A DNA stretch of 64,000 nucleotides from a virus: positions 20,947 to 84,946 of IMG/VR virus record IMGVR_UViG_3300033156_000150, one strand, 5' to 3'. Of the stretch, positions 9,275 through 18,934 are shown piece by piece. The first letter of the stretch is position 1. Every line of letters begins with the position of its first letter. A program made the translations under genes and the position numbers. Under the pieces are notes generated by a model, which saw nothing but the letters and a program-made list of their open reading frames with translations, was not told where the DNA came from and did no database searches.

Positions 9275-9830
9275 CGGCTTGTGTATCGATCTGGAAAACA
9301 TCACTCCCAGGGATTTGCGGATTAGTGACATAGCTCATTCTCTATCTCTGTTATGTCGGTTTGGTGGGCACTGTTCTAGATTCTGGAGTGTGGCGGCCCA
9401 TTGCCTCATTTGTTGCAGGCAGGCCAACATGGATGGTATGTCGTCAATGGTTCAGTTTGGATGCTTGTTGCACGACGCAGCTGAAGCATATTGGCAGGAC
9501 CTTGGTGCTCCTCATAAACGGTGTCAAGGAATGGAGGGTTATGTCCGCAGGCTTGAATTGACACAGGAGTTGATCTATAATTCGTTTGGAGCTAAGTTGA
9601 ACGAAGAGGAGAGGTGTCAAGTTAAGTACATTGACCTCAGAGTATTGGCTGCGGAGGCGTCCTTGTTGATGAGGGACAAGGGAAAGGAGTGGTTGGTGCT
9701 GGAGAATGTGGAGCCAGCACAGCTAACGTATAGGGATGTCAATTGGTTGTCGAGTCCGAAGATTGTGGAGAACATGTATATTAATGAGTTCAGTAGGCTG
9801 TATGCTGAAGTGAACGAGGAGTGGAATTGA
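9237..9830 (+). CDS. HD-domain 5'-deoxynucleotidase-like protein (YfbR/YfdR family)
   Basis: DIAHSLSLLCRFGGH..SVAAH..LLHDAAEAY..D. Confidence 0.85.
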   Translation: MKTEIPPRMVTHSGLCIDLENITPRDLRISDIAHSLSLLCRFGGHCSRFWSVAAHCLICCRQANMDGMSSMVQFGCLLHDAAEAYWQDLGAPHKRCQGMEGYVRRLELTQELIYNSFGAKLNEEERCQVKYIDLRVLAAEASLLMRDKGKEWLVLENVEPAQLTYRDVNWLSSPKIVENMYINEFSRLYAEVNEEWN

Positions 9831-9860
9831 GCTGATCAGCAAGCTAAGGGGAAAGACGGC

Positions 9861-11483
9861 ATGTCCTCGCTGCAAAAAGCAATTTCAAATATCAATATGC
9901 TGGTCGGTACAGCAAAGGCGACAGCAACACGGAGCCAAAGAGAGGATTCTATTTTGTCCAGTGGAGTTTCTTCCACAGCGGTTCCCGTAGCTTCCTCGCG
10001 CTATAAGGAGCGGTACAATCTATTCAGGGGATGGGTTTATGCGGCCATCAACGCAATCTCTAGTGAAGCTGCATCAATGTCTGTTAATGTTGCTCGTCGG
10101 AAGAAGTCATCCAAGAAACGGCCAGCATATCAAGCCATTAAGTCGTTGAGGGAACAGAAGGAAGTGTATGACTATGAGGAGGTGTTGTCTGATGATAGCA
10201 TCACAACAGTAATTGAGCAACCGAACGAGTTTCAGACTCGTGTGTCATTTGTATATTCGTTTGTTGCTAATCTGTGCCTCACAGGGTGGAGTTTTGTTGT
10301 AGTCGAAGCTAAAAAGGGTGATGGTGATTTGCCTGGCATACGGTTGTATGCGTTGCCGACTACGTGGATCCATCCGAATCACAGGGAGCGTCCGTTCGGT
10401 TCGTTTTTTGTTGGTGGGCCAGCATCCTCAAAGGCGGATTGGGTAGAGCTGCCTAGGGAGAACGTGGTGTTTGCTCACCTTCCGAACCCGGCTAATCCTT
10501 TGGGTGGATATGCGCCGGCGGCGGCTGTCCTCCCGGCGCTGCGCATTGATGATCACATTCAAACGACGCAAGAGAAGTTTTTTGAGCGAGGCATCTTCCC
10601 GTCCGTAGTGATTACGGTTGGAAAGGACCCGCACCCTGAAGCGCCAGGGGGTGGTTGGCGTCCCCGTTTGACTCCCGAGCAAAGGCGACAGATAGCGACG
10701 GCGATTAAGAAGCTCTGGGCTGGGGTGGAAAATTATGGGGAGCCGGCTATTGTTGATGGGCTTATCGAGAGGATCGATCGTTTGTCTGCTACTCAGCACG
10801 AGCTTGGATGGCAAAGATCTGAGGAAACAATCCGCACTAGAATCCTCTCGGCTTTCGGAGTGCATCCGTTCATTCTCGGCGAAAGTGTGCCTGGTAGTTA
10901 TGCTCAGTCGGCCATTATTGAAAGTCGCTTTTACCGGCGGGTCAACTTCTATACGGAGATGTTGAGCAATGTGGTAACCCGTGCAATTTCAAACGTATTA
11001 GGAAACGAGGATTACATCGTATGGTGGGACCGGGCGGAACCTACCGATCCGTCATTACATTACACGAACCTTCGTTATGCTCGGAGCATCGGGGACATCA
11101 GCCAAAAGGAGTTCAGAGCGTTGATGGGGTTGCCAGACGATCCCGATGGTCAGGAATCAGCGATTCTGCCGTCACAACTGGCTCCGTTGACACAGCTATT
11201 GGTTCAGATTGGGGCTGGTGCTATTCCTGGACCGCAAGCGGAAGCGTTGCTAATGGCTGCTGGCTTGCCGAGGAAATTGGCAAGACAAATTGCAAATCCA
11301 CCGAAGGGAGTTGGTGGTACGGAAAGCCGAGCTCCGCAGGGAGGAGGCGAAGAGGGGAGAAGCGAGGGGGAGAGTATTGATGAGCTGGAAAGTGAATTGA
11401 GGGAGCGTTCCCTGCAATTGCTTCAGCAGTTGCCCCAGGTGTCAAAGGACTTGCTTGATGAGTATGACAGGGGAATAGAATGA
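9861..11483 (+). CDS. Portal protein (HK97 family)
   Basis: WVYAAINAIS, IEQPNEFQT, LCLTGWSF, FFERGIFPS, ILSAFGVHP and EFRALMGLP. Confidence 0.9.
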   Translation: MSSLQKAISNINMLVGTAKATATRSQREDSILSSGVSSTAVPVASSRYKERYNLFRGWVYAAINAISSEAASMSVNVARRKKSSKKRPAYQAIKSLREQKEVYDYEEVLSDDSITTVIEQPNEFQTRVSFVYSFVANLCLTGWSFVVVEAKKGDGDLPGIRLYALPTTWIHPNHRERPFGSFFVGGPASSKADWVELPRENVVFAHLPNPANPLGGYAPAAAVLPALRIDDHIQTTQEKFFERGIFPSVVITVGKDPHPEAPGGGWRPRLTPEQRRQIATAIKKLWAGVENYGEPAIVDGLIERIDRLSATQHELGWQRSEETIRTRILSAFGVHPFILGESVPGSYAQSAIIESRFYRRVNFYTEMLSNVVTRAISNVLGNEDYIVWWDRAEPTDPSLHYTNLRYARSIGDISQKEFRALMGLPDDPDGQESAILPSQLAPLTQLLVQIGAGAIPGPQAEALLMAAGLPRKLARQIANPPKGVGGTESRAPQGGGEEGRSEGESIDELESELRERSLQLLQQLPQVSKDLLDEYDRGIE

Positions 11484-11923
11484 GTAAGTTCGTGGAACAA
11501 AAGAAGAAAGAGTTGCGGCGAGTTGTTTCGCGAGCGCTGTCCGTTGTAATGGCTGAGTATGCCACTCGTGTGTATGAGTTGTTGGACAAGTATATGCTTC
11601 ACTTGTCATACAAGCGGGCAAGTTTTAGAGCGGTGAACCGGATGTCTGAGAGGTTGGCTAAAGTCATTGCTAGCGAGCTGAAGGAGTTTTCGAAGAGGTT
11701 GGAGAAGGGGGCAGGTAAGAAGGAAGCAACGTCAGATGCAATAAACTACGTAGAGGAGAACTGGGATGCCAGTGGGTTTAAGAAAAAACTGGTTGACGAA
11801 GCGTTTGTGGAGGTAGCTAGCGAAATGGTGCGGGAAGCGTGGAGGGCATTGCATCAGGAAACTACGAGAATGGAAAGACGTGGCTTGATATCGATTAGCG
11901 GGAAGGGTAAAGGGGGTGAGTAA
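11480..11923 (+). CDS. Helical hypothetical protein between portal and MuF
   Basis: Translationally coupled on both sides; could be a detached MuF N-terminal part. Confidence 0.6.
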   Translation: MSKFVEQKKKELRRVVSRALSVVMAEYATRVYELLDKYMLHLSYKRASFRAVNRMSERLAKVIASELKEFSKRLEKGAGKKEATSDAINYVEENWDASGFKKKLVDEAFVEVASEMVREAWRALHQETTRMERRGLISISGKGKGGE

Positions 11924-13146
11924 TGGCGTCAACTGCTAGCGAATGGTTACAGGGAGAAGGTAGGTGGCAGGAACTAGAGGAGTTGTTGAAAGGAGCGGTA
12001 GCTCCAGACGTGTTGAAGTTGTGGTTTGAACTGCCAGATGACATAAAGCAAACGATTGCCGACCGGTTATATGATACGTTTTCTCAAGGCTACTGGGACG
12101 ACATTGTTGGTACGATTAAGAGCGACGTGGGAAAGTTCTTGGTGATGGGATTGCAGGAAGGATGGTCGATTCCCAGGATAGTGCGAGCCGTTGCAGTGGA
12201 GTTCATGGGGTCGACGTGGGGCTATGCCAAGCGGAGAGCGACGAATATAGCTCGTACTGAGATGACCCACGCAATGAACGGCGCGAGGGTTGCTTCCAAC
12301 AGTTATCTCAAAAGTAGGTATCCAGACTTGCCTATGCGCCAGGTCTGGCTGAGCGTATTGGGTCCTACTACTCGGCCAGAGCACGCTGCGTTGGACAGTG
12401 TGCCTGAGGACGAGAATGGTTTGTGGAACCTGGTTGGATACAAGGTGCCGTGGCCTGGACACTACGGTCTGCCTCCTGAGCAACGCTGCAACTGTCAGTG
12501 TACGGTAGTGATGGAGTATGGGCTCAAGGCTGCCGGGCTCAAATACAACCCTTACCACGACCCTCAAACGGGGAGATTTACTTTCGCACCGGGAGGATTG
12601 CCTGCCGCGTCGAAGGGGACGCTAGCCAAGCTGCGGAAAAGGATTCAAACTGTGAAGGTTGGAGGGGAGCGAGGGAAACCTTCGAAGAGGGTTGCAGATC
12701 GGGTCATTGATTACATGGCTCTTCACCCTGATAGTGTTGTTAAAAGTATTGGTGGGATTTCGATTGTTGACAGGCAGGAGTGGAATAATGAGTATGTCAG
12801 ACAGGGAGGCAGGAGCTACGAAGAGGGTTGGAGTGTTCAAGCATTCATTGTTTTTAGGACCGGGCATATTTTCCTAAAGAAAGGCTTTAAGGAGCTATGT
12901 CTTCATCATGAGGTTGGTCATCTAGTAGCAAGACAGTCCAAGGCATACAAGGAGTGGAGGGCCAGGTATAATATAGATCCGTCGTTTGATCGCCATACGG
13001 AATACTCAAAGACCGGTGGTCCGGAGGAAGCCTTCTGTGATTCCTATGCTGCATACATCGCTGCTAAGGGACAGGCCAAGAGTGATGAATATCGCGCGAC
13101 ATTCAAGATGGTGGAGGAGGTGATTCATGGACTTCGTACACATTAG
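11923..13146 (+). CDS. MuF/SPP1 gp7 head morphogenesis protein with C-terminal zincin domain
   Basis: RATNIARTE, TRPEH and CNCQC MuF motifs; linker KYNPYHDPQTGRFT; HHEVGH ... EEAF. Confidence 0.85.
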   Translation: MASTASEWLQGEGRWQELEELLKGAVAPDVLKLWFELPDDIKQTIADRLYDTFSQGYWDDIVGTIKSDVGKFLVMGLQEGWSIPRIVRAVAVEFMGSTWGYAKRRATNIARTEMTHAMNGARVASNSYLKSRYPDLPMRQVWLSVLGPTTRPEHAALDSVPEDENGLWNLVGYKVPWPGHYGLPPEQRCNCQCTVVMEYGLKAAGLKYNPYHDPQTGRFTFAPGGLPAASKGTLAKLRKRIQTVKVGGERGKPSKRVADRVIDYMALHPDSVVKSIGGISIVDRQEWNNEYVRQGGRSYEEGWSVQAFIVFRTGHIFLKKGFKELCLHHEVGHLVARQSKAYKEWRARYNIDPSFDRHTEYSKTGGPEEAFCDSYAAYIAAKGQAKSDEYRATFKMVEEVIHGLRTH

Positions 13147-13345
13147 AACGGGCCGGCCGTTCAAAGGAACGGTGCCTGACGTCTTCTACCTCCCCGTGGC
13201 GAAGGGATTGGGAACTGGTGTTGTGAAGGCGACGAAGGACGATGAGGAATCGGTTGTGAGGTGGATGTTTCTGCATGGCTACGTTCCTAAGAAGGGAGGG
13301 GCAGTTGGCAGCTCGAGCAGCGGAGGAAAGCAAGATGGGAGGTAA
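13127..13345 (+). CDS. Small hypothetical protein directly after MuF
   Basis: GGAGG RBS; overlaps the MuF stop. Confidence 0.5.
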   Translation: MDFVHIRTGRPFKGTVPDVFYLPVAKGLGTGVVKATKDDEESVVRWMFLHGYVPKKGGAVGSSSSGGKQDGR

Positions 13346-13652
13346 TGGTCACGTAGAGTTCCTGAGGCCCAGTAATCCCGACCTGATTGCCTTAGCGGAT
13401 GCAGTAGCTACCCGCTTTGTGGAATTGTGCGGCGCGTGGGAGCGGGTCCGGGGAGTTCGCCTGCAAGTGCCTGTTAGCCTTTTGAGTGATGTGAACAAGT
13501 GCAGAAGGGTTCGGCAGCGCCACAAGATGGGCGACTTTCGTCACCTTCCGTCTGAGTGGAAGGCTCTTAAGACGGTGGCTCAGTGGCTTGTTGATATGAA
13601 CTGCGAGTTGAGGGGTCAAAAGAAAATCAAGGTTCAGTGGTCTGATGAATGA
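13335..13652 (+). CDS. Hypothetical protein
   Basis: GGAGG upstream; overlaps neighbours. Confidence 0.5.
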   Translation: MGGNGHVEFLRPSNPDLIALADAVATRFVELCGAWERVRGVRLQVPVSLLSDVNKCRRVRQRHKMGDFRHLPSEWKALKTVAQWLVDMNCELRGQKKIKVQWSDE

Positions 13653-13854
13653 CTTGCGTTGCATCAACACGCTCAGGGGGAACCCGTGTCTCAATACCTT
13701 CATCAGGTCGCTTGCTCGGTTTGACAAGTTGTTCTGCGACTGTGTAGCTGAAGGTGTTGACTTTACTCTCAAGCTAGAAGTACGTGGGGACAAGGGAAGG
13801 TTGATTCACTGTCGGGTTTATGCCGACAGGTTTGAAAGGCCTTCGGATTCATGA
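13645..13854 (+). CDS. Small hypothetical protein
   Basis: Coupled to the upstream ORF. Confidence 0.55.
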   Translation: MNDLRCINTLRGNPCLNTFIRSLARFDKLFCDCVAEGVDFTLKLEVRGDKGRLIHCRVYADRFERPSDS

Positions 13855-13864
13855 GGCACCCGTC

Positions 13865-13893
13865 TTGACTTTTGAAAAAGCATGTTGTATGAT
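13865..13893 (+). promoter_or_regulatory. Sigma70-type promoter
   Basis: TTGACT-17 nt-TATGAT in an intergenic gap. Confidence 0.7.
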
Positions 13894-13920
13894 TTATATG
13901 GTGTGAGGTCAAGGCGCGGG

Positions 13921-13965
13921 AGAGACCGGCTGCGACTTTGGTTGGTTGCAGACGGTTTCTTTTTT
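13921..13965 (+). terminator. Intrinsic terminator-like hairpin in the leader
   Basis: AGAGACCG-G-CTGCGACT / GGTTGCAG-A-CGGTTTCT stem followed by a T run. Confidence 0.55.
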
Positions 13966-13978
13966 AGTGGAGGTTTCA

Positions 13979-14503
13979 ATGAGCAAGAAAGTTACGTTCT
14001 ATCTGGGTCCGGCAAGCGGTTTGAGTAAGCGTCAGTTGACGATCACTCGTATGCCGAAGGCAGGCGACGATGATACGCCTTCGGCGACGGTTAATGCGAC
14101 GCTTGGCGCAACGACGACTATCACTACACAAACGCTACCGGATAATCAGATTTGGCAGGCGAAGTTGGTGGATACTAAGACGAGTGGTGAAGTAAGCGAC
14201 CCGGATATCCTTAACTTCCATACTGGCTCGCTTCAGTTTCCTGGGCCGAGATCACCGGATCGCTTGTCGATTCTCAGTATGGAAGACATGAGCTCAAGTA
14301 GTAGTTGCAGTTCGACCAGTAGTGGGAGTTCAAGTAGCTGTAGCAGCACGAGTTGTAGTAGCACAAGCAGTGGGAGTTCAAGTAGTTGTAGTAGCACCTC
14401 GAGCAGTTGCAGTGAATCTGCGGGAAATGAGAGCAGCAGTTGCAGCTCAGTATCCTCTTCGTGTTCGAGTAGTGTGAGCAGCAGTTGCAGCTCTGGTCTG
14501 TGA
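13979..14503 (+). CDS. Beta-rich protein with 70-aa Ser/Cys/Thr C-terminal tail
   Basis: GGAGG RBS; tail at 14291-14500. Confidence 0.75.
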   Translation: MSKKVTFYLGPASGLSKRQLTITRMPKAGDDDTPSATVNATLGATTTITTQTLPDNQIWQAKLVDTKTSGEVSDPDILNFHTGSLQFPGPRSPDRLSILSMEDMSSSSSCSSTSSGSSSSCSSTSCSSTSSGSSSSCSSTSSSCSESAGNESSSCSSVSSSCSSSVSSSCSSGL

Positions 14504-14517
14504 TAAGGGAGTTAGAA

Positions 14518-14799
14518 ATGCGTCAAGTTAACCGAAAGGCCGTCTTGGCTCTGGCGTTACATGGGTCTCAGTCCGAGGCGGAGGCCCTGAAGCAGGTGGT
14601 TGATGGAGCAGTGGAGCGGCTCGGTCTGGGCGGGGAGCCAGCCCCCTCCCCGCTCAGGCCCGGTGGGGGTGCGGTGAGGATGGATACTACTCGACCGTCC
14701 TTGCACGACGTAATTGCGTGGCTAGAGAATCCGCCGAAGGCTGACTACCTGTTTATCCGACGCCTGCAAGAAACGCTAAAGTTGCGCTGTGGGGGATAA
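14518..14799 (+). CDS. Hypothetical protein
   Basis: AAGGGAG RBS; contains a strong internal GC hairpin near 14623-14660. Confidence 0.45.
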   Translation: MRQVNRKAVLALALHGSQSEAEALKQVVDGAVERLGLGGEPAPSPLRPGGGAVRMDTTRPSLHDVIAWLENPPKADYLFIRRLQETLKLRCGG

Positions 14800-14800
14800 C

Positions 14801-15091
14801 ATGCCTTACCTTGGTTATCAACAAATCATAGTCAGCGACAAGGTGATGAGCGCTCCGGATTTCGACTGGCCGGCAGGGGCAACCCACGCGGAGTTGCAAG
14901 CTGAGGATCAACCCATTCGGTACACGATGGACGGAAAGACGAATCCGACGCAAACAACTGGAATGATCTTGCGAACAAGTGCGGATCCCGTGATGTTTAC
15001 TGTGGATGACTTGCGCCGGATGCGGTTCATACGGGGAGCTGCTAATGATGCAAAATTGAATGTCCACTACTTTGCCGGGAGGATCGTCTGA
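14801..15091 (+). CDS. Small beta-rich putative virion protein
   Basis: QAEDQPIRYTMDGKTNPT..G motif; coupled to the protease gene. Confidence 0.6.
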   Translation: MPYLGYQQIIVSDKVMSAPDFDWPAGATHAELQAEDQPIRYTMDGKTNPTQTTGMILRTSADPVMFTVDDLRRMRFIRGAANDAKLNVHYFAGRIV

Positions 15092-17274
15092 TGCCTAGGG
15101 TAGGCCGTGCTGCTAAAGGCAACCACATACAATCGGTCTTGTTTAATAAAGATTTCTGGACCAAGGCCGAGGCTGTGAAGTGGTTGAAAGACAACTCGAC
15201 TGAGTCCCGCAAGTTCTATACGGATGGATTTGACAAGGGCGGCGGGCAGTATATGCGCTTCCGACAGTACGACCCGGACCCCGATACGTTCCGCTATCGC
15301 AACAAAGTTGTGAAGGAGGAAGATGGTCAACCTTCGATTGTTTTTGTGCTAGGCTTCTCAAAAAAGCAAGCATCGGAAGCGACGGAGAAACTGCTCAAAG
15401 CAGTGCGGCGACGTGGGTCAGAAGGAGTGCGGTTCGGTTATGGTATCTTGACAGCCGATAAGTTTGTTGAGTCGATGGCGCAGATGGTTGGCATCGACGT
15501 TTGCTATCAGTACGGCTGTCGTGGTAACACCAGCTTCTACGACGTGATGCAGAAAGCCGCGCGGACCTTGTGTTACAGTGATGAGGGTATGGAAGTCGAA
15601 GCTGCGGAGCATCGCTTCAAGAAGTTGGTGCCTAAGGGAGTAAAGTTGCCGAAGAACACCCTCATGGTGTTTCGTCACAAGTTGACGACCTGTGACCTGG
15701 ACCGCGATGGAGACATCATGCACCCCGAAGGGGCTTTGTTGGATCCAAGGATGTTGCTGTTGTGGCAGCATACTCACACGATGCCGATTGGGAAGTACCT
15801 ATACACGGCAAGGCAGGATGAAAAGGAGCTCGTTGTCGTTAGCTGTATCGTGGATATCAATGATTTGAGCCATGATGCGGCTGTGATGATTGACAACGAC
15901 ATGGGCAGATTTAGTCATGGGTTCCGGGCGTTGGAGTTTACTGAGCGAAAGAACAAGGATGGGAAACCTGGCTTTGAGGTGACTTCATTTGAAATCATGG
16001 AGGAATCGTTGGTTTCCGTGCCGGCGAATCCCGATGCCGATACGGAAGAGATCCTTTTGGGTTTGGTGGACAAAGGCAAACTGACAAGTCCGATGTTGAA
16101 GGAATATAGCCGTGCGATTCGAGAACACAGACCGAAACAAGCGCCGGGCTGGTCTCCAACAGGAGACGGCACATCAGCCGAAGGTAGCAAAGGGACTGGA
16201 GACAGCAGAGGAGAAAAAGACAAAGAAGGAGAAGCGAAAGTTGCCGGTGGTAAAGTGAAGGACGAGATGGCTGCTGTTTCCACACGGCCATCCATCTACG
16301 GTATTGCTGGTAGTTTTGAGCAAGTGCGAGCGGACCTTTCGTCGGCGCTAAGGGATTTCCTGGCGGATGCTGGGGTAATTAACAATCGCAATGATCGGGA
16401 GTGGGCTGCGGTTGCCGCCACGTTCCAGGACTATGTGATAGCGGAGGTTCACAGGGGGGACGGTGAGCAGGAGTTTTATAGGATATCTTGGAGGCAGGGG
16501 GAGCGAGGTGCTGAGCTAACTGGAGATCCCCAAAAGGTTGAAGTGACGGAAACCATTGTGATTCGCGATGCGGAGGGTAAGATGTTGGGGACTATTCCGA
16601 TGAAAGCGAAGAACGTGACCCTGTATTCGGCTGGGTATAGCCAGGCAAAGAGCCTCGTGAACAGAGGCAAGGTGACAAAGGCAACCAAGTGGGAGCCGGC
16701 GTCATCGGAGGCGGAAAACACCTACATTGAGGAACATGGTATGGAGGCGTTTGCTAAGTGGCACTTGGGCAAGCGTTCTGGGGTGGATGAGGACAACAAA
16801 GGCGCGTGGGCATATCCGTATAGCAATGATTTCAAGACAGTCAACTCGAAGGCTTTGGTGGCCATTAGGGTGCGTGCGGCGCAGCAGGGTGAGAGGGATG
16901 TTTTTGAGGCGGCCGGGAAGCTACTGGAAGCTATCAAGAAACGCGATGAAGGGAAGGACGTTGACGATTTGTTGGACGTCAAGGTTGGTCGTGTGTTGAA
17001 CAGACAAAACGAAAGCCGTTTGCGTGACGCCATTAGCAACATTGACGAGGCGTCAAAGATTGAGGGACTGTCGAGACGCGATCGTGCGTTGTTGCGAGAA
17101 ACGATGCGACTCTTGCAAGATGTTTTGTCTGAACTCGATAGTGATGGGAAGCAGGTAGATGATGAAGAAGTTTCCGTTGAGGAAGCGATTGCGGTTGTGT
17201 TGAACAAGACGACACCGATCCAGCGCGAGCGATTGATGAAGGCGTTGGAGGTGCTGGCGAAAACTCGAAAGTAA
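15091..17274 (+). CDS. Prohead protease (HK97 type) with large extra domains
   Basis: DRDGDIM, LLWQH...PIGK, FSHGF and EESLVSVPANPDA; lies just upstream of the capsid gene. Confidence 0.9.
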   Translation: MPRVGRAAKGNHIQSVLFNKDFWTKAEAVKWLKDNSTESRKFYTDGFDKGGGQYMRFRQYDPDPDTFRYRNKVVKEEDGQPSIVFVLGFSKKQASEATEKLLKAVRRRGSEGVRFGYGILTADKFVESMAQMVGIDVCYQYGCRGNTSFYDVMQKAARTLCYSDEGMEVEAAEHRFKKLVPKGVKLPKNTLMVFRHKLTTCDLDRDGDIMHPEGALLDPRMLLLWQHTHTMPIGKYLYTARQDEKELVVVSCIVDINDLSHDAAVMIDNDMGRFSHGFRALEFTERKNKDGKPGFEVTSFEIMEESLVSVPANPDADTEEILLGLVDKGKLTSPMLKEYSRAIREHRPKQAPGWSPTGDGTSAEGSKGTGDSRGEKDKEGEAKVAGGKVKDEMAAVSTRPSIYGIAGSFEQVRADLSSALRDFLADAGVINNRNDREWAAVAATFQDYVIAEVHRGDGEQEFYRISWRQGERGAELTGDPQKVEVTETIVIRDAEGKMLGTIPMKAKNVTLYSAGYSQAKSLVNRGKVTKATKWEPASSEAENTYIEEHGMEAFAKWHLGKRSGVDEDNKGAWAYPYSNDFKTVNSKALVAIRVRAAQQGERDVFEAAGKLLEAIKKRDEGKDVDDLLDVKVGRVLNRQNESRLRDAISNIDEASKIEGLSRRDRALLRETMRLLQDVLSELDSDGKQVDDEEVSVEEAIAVVLNKTTPIQRERLMKALEVLAKTRK

Positions 17275-17286
17275 AGGGAGGTAACT

Positions 17287-18921
17287 ATGTTGACTGAAGC
17301 ACTCAAACAGTGGTTGATCGAGAACTACAATCTTCTCGACACGGCGACAGATGAGGAAGCTGCGGAGGCTCTTGGTAGGGCTATCGCTGACGGCAGTTTG
17401 TCGGCGCGAAAGCTCGAGGAGCTTTCCAAATCAACTGATCCTGTTTTGGAGCAGTTTGATCAGCTGGTAACTCGCCTGGAGAAGCTCACGGAGGCTTTGA
17501 CTGGCGATACGTCGAAGGACGACGACGGAAAGAAGGCTAAGGAGAGCGGTGCCGATGGAAACGACAAGGAAGGAACCAAGAACGTGGAACCGGAAGGTCA
17601 GAAGGATAAAGGCAAAGCAAAGGATCTTGGTGATACCATTTCAAAGGTCGTTACCCAGTCGGCTAGCAGTGGTGACGACAACAGTGATGGGCAAACGAAC
17701 GCGAGAGTGAAGGCTGCGGTTGAAATGTACGATTCCAACCGCAAGAGCCTGACGTTCCCGACTCACACTAAGGATGGGCGACCTCATCCGAGGGCTGGTC
17801 AGCGTGCGGTTGTGTTTGGTCGTCCGTTGGATGAAGCCAGTGAACGGGATAAGGCAATCGCTGGGGCATGGGCAAAGTTCCTGTGCGCCACTGCTATGCG
17901 TGGTGGAAGTCGTACCTTTGGCTTCCAAGCCCTTCCAGAGCATGACCGCGATTTGATTATGTGGGCTCTGGAGAACGAGAAATGGGCTGGCGATAGCATG
18001 GGACGTGACGATGTTGCTGACATTGTCGATCGCAAGCTAACACCGCGCGAGCAGAAAGCGTTGATCGACGACGCTACCAGCGGGGGCATCGAGGCGGCTC
18101 CGATTGTGTTTGACGATCAGGTGATTCAGGCGCCGTTGCTTCACGGAGAACTCTACCCGTTGGTGAACGAGGTGCCGCTGGATCGCGGTCGGCGGGTCGA
18201 AGGCGTGAGTGTCAGCACTGTGACTGGCTCGTGGGGAGGTGTTGACGATTCCGCGATTTCGTTGTTCAACACGGCGAGCTTTGTCAGTGCGTTCGACACT
18301 ACGATCTTCCGTTGGGAAGGAGCTATCAAGATCGGTTTGGATTTCTTGTCTGATACGCCGATCGACTTTGCGAACCTGGTCACTCAGCAGTATGGAGAGC
18401 GTTTGCTGGAAGATCTGGACGATGTGATTGCAGCCGGCAACGGTACGACCCAACCGGAAGGGGTTATTAACAAGTCGGGTGCTACCTCGGTATCCTTTGG
18501 GAACTCAGTGAGTATCGGTAGCTACGAATCGCTGCGGTTTGGTGTGTCGAAGGCAGAGCATACGGGAGCTGTTGCTCGCACCGCTGTATTCTGCGGCACC
18601 GAGACCAGTTACCAGCGAGCCCGCGCGTTGCCGGTCGGAACAAGTGATGCACGGCGCTTGTTCGGTATGGACTACGACAGTTACTCCCTGATGGGTCGGC
18701 CGTACAAGATCAACGAGGCACTGACCGATGCCCAGATCTTTTACGCGATTCTCGGCCGCTACCGGATGTATCGGCGTCGTGGTCTGACTATCCGAACAAG
18801 CACCGAAGGTGACACGTTGATCCGCAACAATGAGATGCTTGTTGTTGCGATGGCGCGGTATGGTGGTCAGTTGGAGCGCGGTGCTTGTGCCGCCGTTACG
18901 ACCGACGCTGGTTCGGCGTGA
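17287..18921 (+). CDS. Major capsid protein (HK97 fold) with N-terminal scaffold region
   Basis: SGGIEAAP, FLSDTPID, AAGNGTTQPEGV, LMGRPY and ARYGG. Confidence 0.9.
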   Translation: MLTEALKQWLIENYNLLDTATDEEAAEALGRAIADGSLSARKLEELSKSTDPVLEQFDQLVTRLEKLTEALTGDTSKDDDGKKAKESGADGNDKEGTKNVEPEGQKDKGKAKDLGDTISKVVTQSASSGDDNSDGQTNARVKAAVEMYDSNRKSLTFPTHTKDGRPHPRAGQRAVVFGRPLDEASERDKAIAGAWAKFLCATAMRGGSRTFGFQALPEHDRDLIMWALENEKWAGDSMGRDDVADIVDRKLTPREQKALIDDATSGGIEAAPIVFDDQVIQAPLLHGELYPLVNEVPLDRGRRVEGVSVSTVTGSWGGVDDSAISLFNTASFVSAFDTTIFRWEGAIKIGLDFLSDTPIDFANLVTQQYGERLLEDLDDVIAAGNGTTQPEGVINKSGATSVSFGNSVSIGSYESLRFGVSKAEHTGAVARTAVFCGTETSYQRARALPVGTSDARRLFGMDYDSYSLMGRPYKINEALTDAQIFYAILGRYRMYRRRGLTIRTSTEGDTLIRNNEMLVVAMARYGGQLERGACAAVTTDAGSA

Positions 18922-18934
18922 TGTGTTGTTATGC

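Noticed and set aside
14291-14500. Ser/Cys-rich tails as RiPP (thiazole/oxazole or lanthipeptide) cores
   Set aside because: No YcaO, LanB/C/M or similar maturase is in the window, and the genes sit among virion genes; not excluded if such enzymes lie outside
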